A stretch of 64,000 bases of DNA from Eledone cirrhosa. Taxonomy: Eukaryota. The notes beneath the pieces are model-generated. The model had not been told where the DNA came from. It saw only the letters and a list, made by a program, of their open reading frames with translations, and did not search any database. The DNA lies in the NCBI GenBank assembly GCA_964016885.1, contig OZ024748.1, positions 27,280,001 to 27,344,000 on the forward strand, read 5' to 3'. Of the stretch, positions 58,120-64,000 are shown in pieces (position 1 is the first letter of the stretch; each line of letters opens with the position of its first letter). The translations under genes were made by a program, and so were the position numbers.

Positions 58120-60310
58120 TTATCAACATGAAATGCCAGGGAACAGAACATTTCACCACAACAGAAACACCGCTACCTCAAATGGGAATTATTCTTTAGA
58201 ACAAGGTGCCTCCCACCAAATGAAAGGAAAAAATAAAAAAATACCACCCTTCAAATGGCACCCGACGAAAAAACTCCAAAGGAACCAAAAATAATCAACA
58301 TATCGGCAAAAAAACTAACACAACAGGAAATAAAATTGCTAGAAAATGGACTGAAATTCACACCCCCTCCAAAAGCAGATGAAGCCGACCTTATTATAAA
58401 AGACAGAAGATTTTTGTCAAAAATTACGTCTAGGAGAATTCTTCAAGGGTGTAGAATACAAGGAGGAATCACTAGTAAGAAACAAAAAGAACTTCAGGCC
58501 TCCATTAAATAGAGACAAACACCTGGAGGACTACATAACCTACCTCCGACGATCAGCACAGTCAAATAGTGCTGAGACGAAACACAAACACAAAATCCCT
58601 ATAGACCAACTGCAAGCACTAAACAAACTACAAAAAGACGCCTCAATAATCATAAAAGAAGCGGACAAAGGTGGAGCAATCATGGACAAAAACCACTAAC
58701 AGTTGAATAACGAGGACTTTTACAGAAAAATCAGCAAAAACGAAGAAAGAAAATCGATGATTAAAGTAGGCAAACTGACGACCAAGTACCAAAACAACCT
58801 CACACTAAAGGAAATCAATTACTTAACCAGCTTCGAACTAGATCTACCAACTCATAATATTATAATATTATAAAATTAAATCAAATTATTTAACACTACA
58901 AGTGAAGTAATTCTTTTCCTTTTTTTCAAATATATATATATATATATATATATGATAAAAAATGTACAGAGGGACGATGCAAAAACAAGACAACGGCATA
59001 CATGGAAGAAACAGCCCATAGCATAGGAGAGAGAGATTACAGGAACACTGGCGAGAACTTAAGAAGGAGAAAATCTCATCAGTGCTATACCAATATGCCG
59101 CATTAGAACACGAGGGCTCAATAGATAACATAGAAATAAAGTGTCATAAATGTGTCATTTTTGTGTTTTTCTCTTCTCTCTCTTTTCTTATTCTGTCTTT
59201 AGTTGACCGTTACTATCGACCGTTTCTTATTCTGTCTTTAGTTGACCGTTGCTATCGACCGTTTCTTATTCTGTCTTTAGTTGACCGTTACTGTCGACCG
59301 TTTCTTATTCTGTCTTTAGTTGACCGTTACTGTTGACCGTTTCTTATTCTGTCTTTAGTTGACCGTTACTATCGACCGTTTCTTATTCTGTCTTTAGTTG
59401 ACCGTTACTATCGACCGTTTCTTATTCTGTCTTTAGTTGACCGTTACTGTTGACCGTTTCTTATTCTGTCTTTAGTTGACCGTTACTGTTGACCGTTTCT
59501 TATTCTGTCTTTAGTTGACCGTTACTGTTGACCGTTTCTTATTCTGTATTTAATTGGCCGTTACTGTTGACCGTTTCTTATTCTGTCTTTAGTTGACCGT
59601 TACTATTCCGCACGTATTTTCTGTTCAGGCTGGGTTTATTTTCTATTATGTGGATGGCCTCAGTAATTTGCCTGAGTGTTGCATTAGTTCTATGTGTGGA
59701 TAGGATCTTTATTTCTATGTTATCTATTGAGCCCTTGGATTCTAGTTTTACATGTTGGTATAGCACTGATGAGATTTTCTCCTCCTTAAATTCTCGCCAG
59801 TGTTCCTTTAATCTCTCTCTCCTATGCTATGGGCTGTTTCTTCCATGTATGTCGTTGTCTTGTTTTTGCATCATCCCTCTGTACATCTTATCATATAGAC
59901 TACATTTCTAGTTTTGCAGTTTATCGGTGGGCATTTCATACAGGCTATACAGTTTCTATCAGCACAGGGAGGTTCTTAAAAGAGTATGTCCTATGATCCG
60001 GGATTTCATGGTAGCTCCTGGTTTTTCTACTACTTTAGTCTTAAGGTTCAATTTATCTAAAGCTCTTCTAAAACAATACACTAGTTCGCCTCTAGGGGTA
60101 GCATCGACGAAAATGACACTCTGGTATTTTTGGCTGTCATCCCAGGAGTTGGCCTTCCCTATCTTTTTCCAAATACATAAATTTGTGTGTATATATAGAT
60201 AGATAGATAGAGAAGGCCAACTCCTGGTATGACAGCCAAAAATACCAGAGTGTCATTTTCATCGATACTACTCCTAAAGGCGAACTAGCGTATTGTTTTA
60301 GAAGAGCTTA
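58120..60310. mobile_element. Rearranged Penelope-like element (N-terminal/RT part on +, GIY-YIG in both orientations, terminal foldback)
   Basis: INISAKKLTQQEIKLLENGLKFTP, IIIKEADKGGA, YMEETAHSIGERLQEH, LRQITEAIHIIENKPSLN. 58950-59140 is inverted versus 59710-59890; IR at 60060-60309. Confidence 0.75.
59184..59606. repeat. 39-bp minisatellite (about 10.5 copies)
   Basis: Unit ttcttattctgtctttagttgaccgttactatcgaccgt with no spacers. Confidence 0.95.
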
Positions 60311-60322
60311 TACTAAATTTTG

Positions 60323-60404
<82 letters not shown>

Positions 60405-60898
60405 CATGTGCCAGACACAAAGGAACAGTGAAGGTGGGGGCTACCCCCAACTGGCCCTATGTTAGTCTCCCTTGCCATCACAGTCAACATATGAGAAGTT
60501 CCTCTTAATGAAGTTTGTCGAATAATAATTTTTGATTTATGTACAAGGTCAACAATTGGAGCGGGAAAATCGATTAAATTGACTCCAGTTCGTTACTGGT
60601 ACTTTATTTTATTGACCCTGTAAGGATGAATGGCAAAGCTAACCTCGGTGAGATTTGAACTCGAAACAAAGTGAGGAGGAACAAATACCGAGTCATCTTT
60701 AGTCCGGTGTCCTCACCACTCTAGAAAGACAGGGAAATCCGTATCTCTCTCTATAGATAACCAGTCTTTCACAAATATTCTTTTACTAGTTTCATTCATT
60801 GGATACCGGCCAACATATACATATATATTATATCATATACATATCATATATTATATTACATATATATGTATGTATATGTATGTATGTATATATATAAA

Positions 60899-61053
60899 TG
60901 GACACACTAGAAGAGGAAGACCAAGGTTAACGTATGTTGATGCCCTAAGGATAGACACTGGTCTGTTGGAGACGCAGGACATGGCAGCGATAATGAGGGA
61001 CAGAGACCGCTGGAGAGAACTCGTCCATGGATCTCGGGAATTTTACCCGCCTT

Positions 61054-61055
<2 letters not shown>
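60899..61055 (+). mobile_element. RTE 3' fragment
   Basis: GHTRRGRPRLTYVDAL...DRDRWRELV. Confidence 0.6.
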
Positions 61056-61098
<43 letters not shown>

Positions 61099-61670
61099 TC
61101 TCTCTTTCGCTCTTTCTGTCACTCTCACTCTCTCTTTCCCTCTCTCTCTCTCTCGCTCTCTCTCTCTCCCCCTCGCCTTCCCCTTTCCCTGTTTCTTTCT
61201 CTCTCTCTCCCACTCTCCCCCTCGCTTTCATCTCCCCCCCCCCACACTCTCTCTCTCTCTTCTTTTTCATATTTACAAAGTTGTGTGTACAACTTTCATC
61301 TTTATATATATTCCGTGCGGGCCTGTCACTTTGGGAATGAGTTAACGGTACTTTAAGTATTATTTCATCATTGTTGATGCTGTCAGTGACATTTTCCTTG
61401 CAAAGTCGCGAGTTTTTTCTGAATTATTTGTATATATTGTTGTTTGGTGGCATTTGAAAATTATGTAGGACAGTTAATCCTTGCAGGATGGTTGAATCCA
61501 CTCCTTTTTTCAATTTATTTATTTATTTACTTTTTGTTTTGTGGACATTAAAGTCAAAACAGTTATTTTATGGTTATATAATCAAATTTGATTTAGTCCC
61601 GAATAAAAAGTGAAAGGTTATAGGACAGTAGATTGTTTCTTACCATAACCTGATTCTTTTTCTGAAAGTA

Positions 61671-61702
<32 letters not shown>

Positions 61703-61814
61703 ATATATATATAGTAATAATAATAAATTTGATGAAAGCAGCGATTCTTTGCTTAAACTTTAATCTGTTATTTTAATAAATATATATATATGTATATATA
61801 ATTTAATTCTTATT

Positions 61815-61859
<45 letters not shown>

Positions 61860-61865
61860 AATTCT

Positions 61866-61922
<57 letters not shown>

Positions 61923-61956
61923 AATTCTTATTAATTCTTTTTAATTGTAATACTCA

Positions 61957-62002
61957 CCATTTGATAAGATGAATTTTACTAATACATCGAAACCGGTTAT
62001 AT
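61957..62002 (+). ncRNA. Hammerhead, U3-A8 variant with decayed stem I
   Basis: at-TTGATAA-gatg...catc-GAAA CCGG TT-at. Confidence 0.55.
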
Positions 62003-62185
62003 TTTATATACATTATAAAACTCTTTTTTTTTTTAAATTGTCCCTCTCATATTTTCCATAATATCATTTTGATGAATCAAAGAAAGGAAAAAAAAGAAAA
62101 ACACCTCCTTAAATATATTTTCCGTGCTATTTCCAATTTCACCTTTTCTCTACAACCACTGTTTTATATAGAACCTTATTTCCCT

Positions 62186-62270
<85 letters not shown>

Positions 62271-62907
62271 TAAGTTATTCCGGGTTGAATCGGAGGTACC
62301 CACAGTATGTAATGTACTCAATACATAGCAGAGTATAAAAGTTTTAATATAGATGAGATTCTACAGGACTAGAACTGTTTCATTCTTTAGAAATCATAAA
62401 AGCAGAAACATTCATGTTATTTTTAGCAGAAGCGCTTGTTATTGATGCATTCTGAGTTCAGATCCCACCGAGATTAGCTTTGCTATTCATCCTTACAGGG
62501 TCGATAAATAAAAGAACACTGGGGTCGGTTTCATCGACTTTCCCCTTCCTCCAAATTGTTCGCCTTGTGCCTAAATCAGAAACCAAGTTTCAGCAGAAGC
62601 CGTTGTTGTTGTTTTTTTATGTATTCTGAGTTCAAATCCCGCCGAAGACAACTTCACCTTCCATCCTTCCCAAATTTCACAGGAAGGATTATCACGTTGG
62701 ATACTGGGAGTCCTTTCTCCCGAATAAAATAACTTCAACTTACAGTTTGGTTAGCTGACCAACCTAGCTTTAAACACCTTTTGCTTTAACCACACTATGT
62801 ATTTGTAAACAAAGCGGTTGAAATTTGAAATGTACGCGTCCCAACACAAATGTCAATCATAAAAGTCAATTACTATTATTATGGTCATTTGCGTTGGATT
62901 GCACAAA

Positions 62908-62960
<53 letters not shown>

Positions 62961-62979
62961 TGTGAGTGTGTGTGTGTGA

Positions 62980-63014
<35 letters not shown>

Positions 63015-63239
63015 TGTGTGTGTGTGAATGTGTGTGTGTGTGTGGGGGGGGGGGGGGTGTATGTGTTCAATCAGGTTACAGAAAACAGCGTATCTCTTTG
63101 TTTTATTTTAATTTTATGGTAAACACTTTCAGAAAAAGAATCAGGTTACTGATAAACAATCTGCTGTCCTATTTCCCCTTCTCAGTCTTTCTAGAGTGGT
63201 GAGGACACCGGATTAAAGATGACTTATGTCTGGCACATG

Positions 63240-63327
<88 letters not shown>

Positions 63328-63518
63328 GTATATATTGTTATATTTGGGGAGGATCATATTGTTATAATATTGTCAGAAATAATAAAACACATTCACTGTG
63401 TGTGTGTTTTATTATCATTTCTGGCAATATGACCCTCCCTAAATATAACAATATTTGTTTCAACACACGATTTCATATAAAAAACGTTGCAAAAAAAAAT
63501 TTAATAAAAAAAAAAAAA

Positions 63519-63594
<76 letters not shown>

Positions 63595-63693
63595 CATATA
63601 TATATGTTCAATATATATATATCAAAACTCTGGAGATACAGTACGGAACTAGTTGTTGAAACGGCAACGGCTCAATCGTCGGGGTCCCTACAC

Positions 63694-63785
<92 letters not shown>

Positions 63786-64000
63786 ACATATATGTATGTG
63801 TATGTCAAGCCGTCTTGACACCAACCTGTTTTCATGGGTTACTGCAGCTGATATCACAATAGATTCAAACAAAAGTGATGTATATATATGTATGTGTATG
63901 TGTGTGTGTGTGTGTATGTATGTGTGTAAATGTGTATGTATGTGTGTATGTGTGTATGTATGTATGTATCAGTGTATGTATGTGTGTATGCGTGTGTGTA

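Noticed and set aside
59184-59606. CRISPR-like repeat array
   Set aside because: Head-to-tail 39-bp units with no unique spacers, no cas genes, and a eukaryotic context.

Overview
Eukaryotic, AT-rich and extremely microsatellite-rich genomic DNA. The repeat landscape suggests a cephalopod such as Octopus (inference). Two spliced genes converge tail-to-tail. (1) On + is the 3' part of a cytosolic NAD-dependent glycerol-3-phosphate dehydrogenase (GPD1-like): 7 coding exons at 2852-12529, with the first exons upstream of the window. (2) On - is a complete 12-coding-exon PLP-dependent class I/II aminotransferase of bacterial-like subgroup Ib type (53155 down to 23801, 432 aa after manual splicing). 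Introns and the intergenic region hold tRNA-derived SINEs, RTE, R4/Dong-like and CR1 LINE fragments, Penelope-like (GIY-YIG) remnants, Tc1/mariner, hAT and Helitron relics. The most striking hidden layer is a set of roughly a dozen type I hammerhead ribozyme motifs of several sequence families, with CUGANGA cores or the compensatory U3-A8 UUGANAA core and palindromic stem III. They sit in (TA)n-embedded foldback mini-elements, at Penelope ends, and in a 591-bp tandem retrozyme-like repeat. All coordinates were read by eye; repeat boundaries are approximate.
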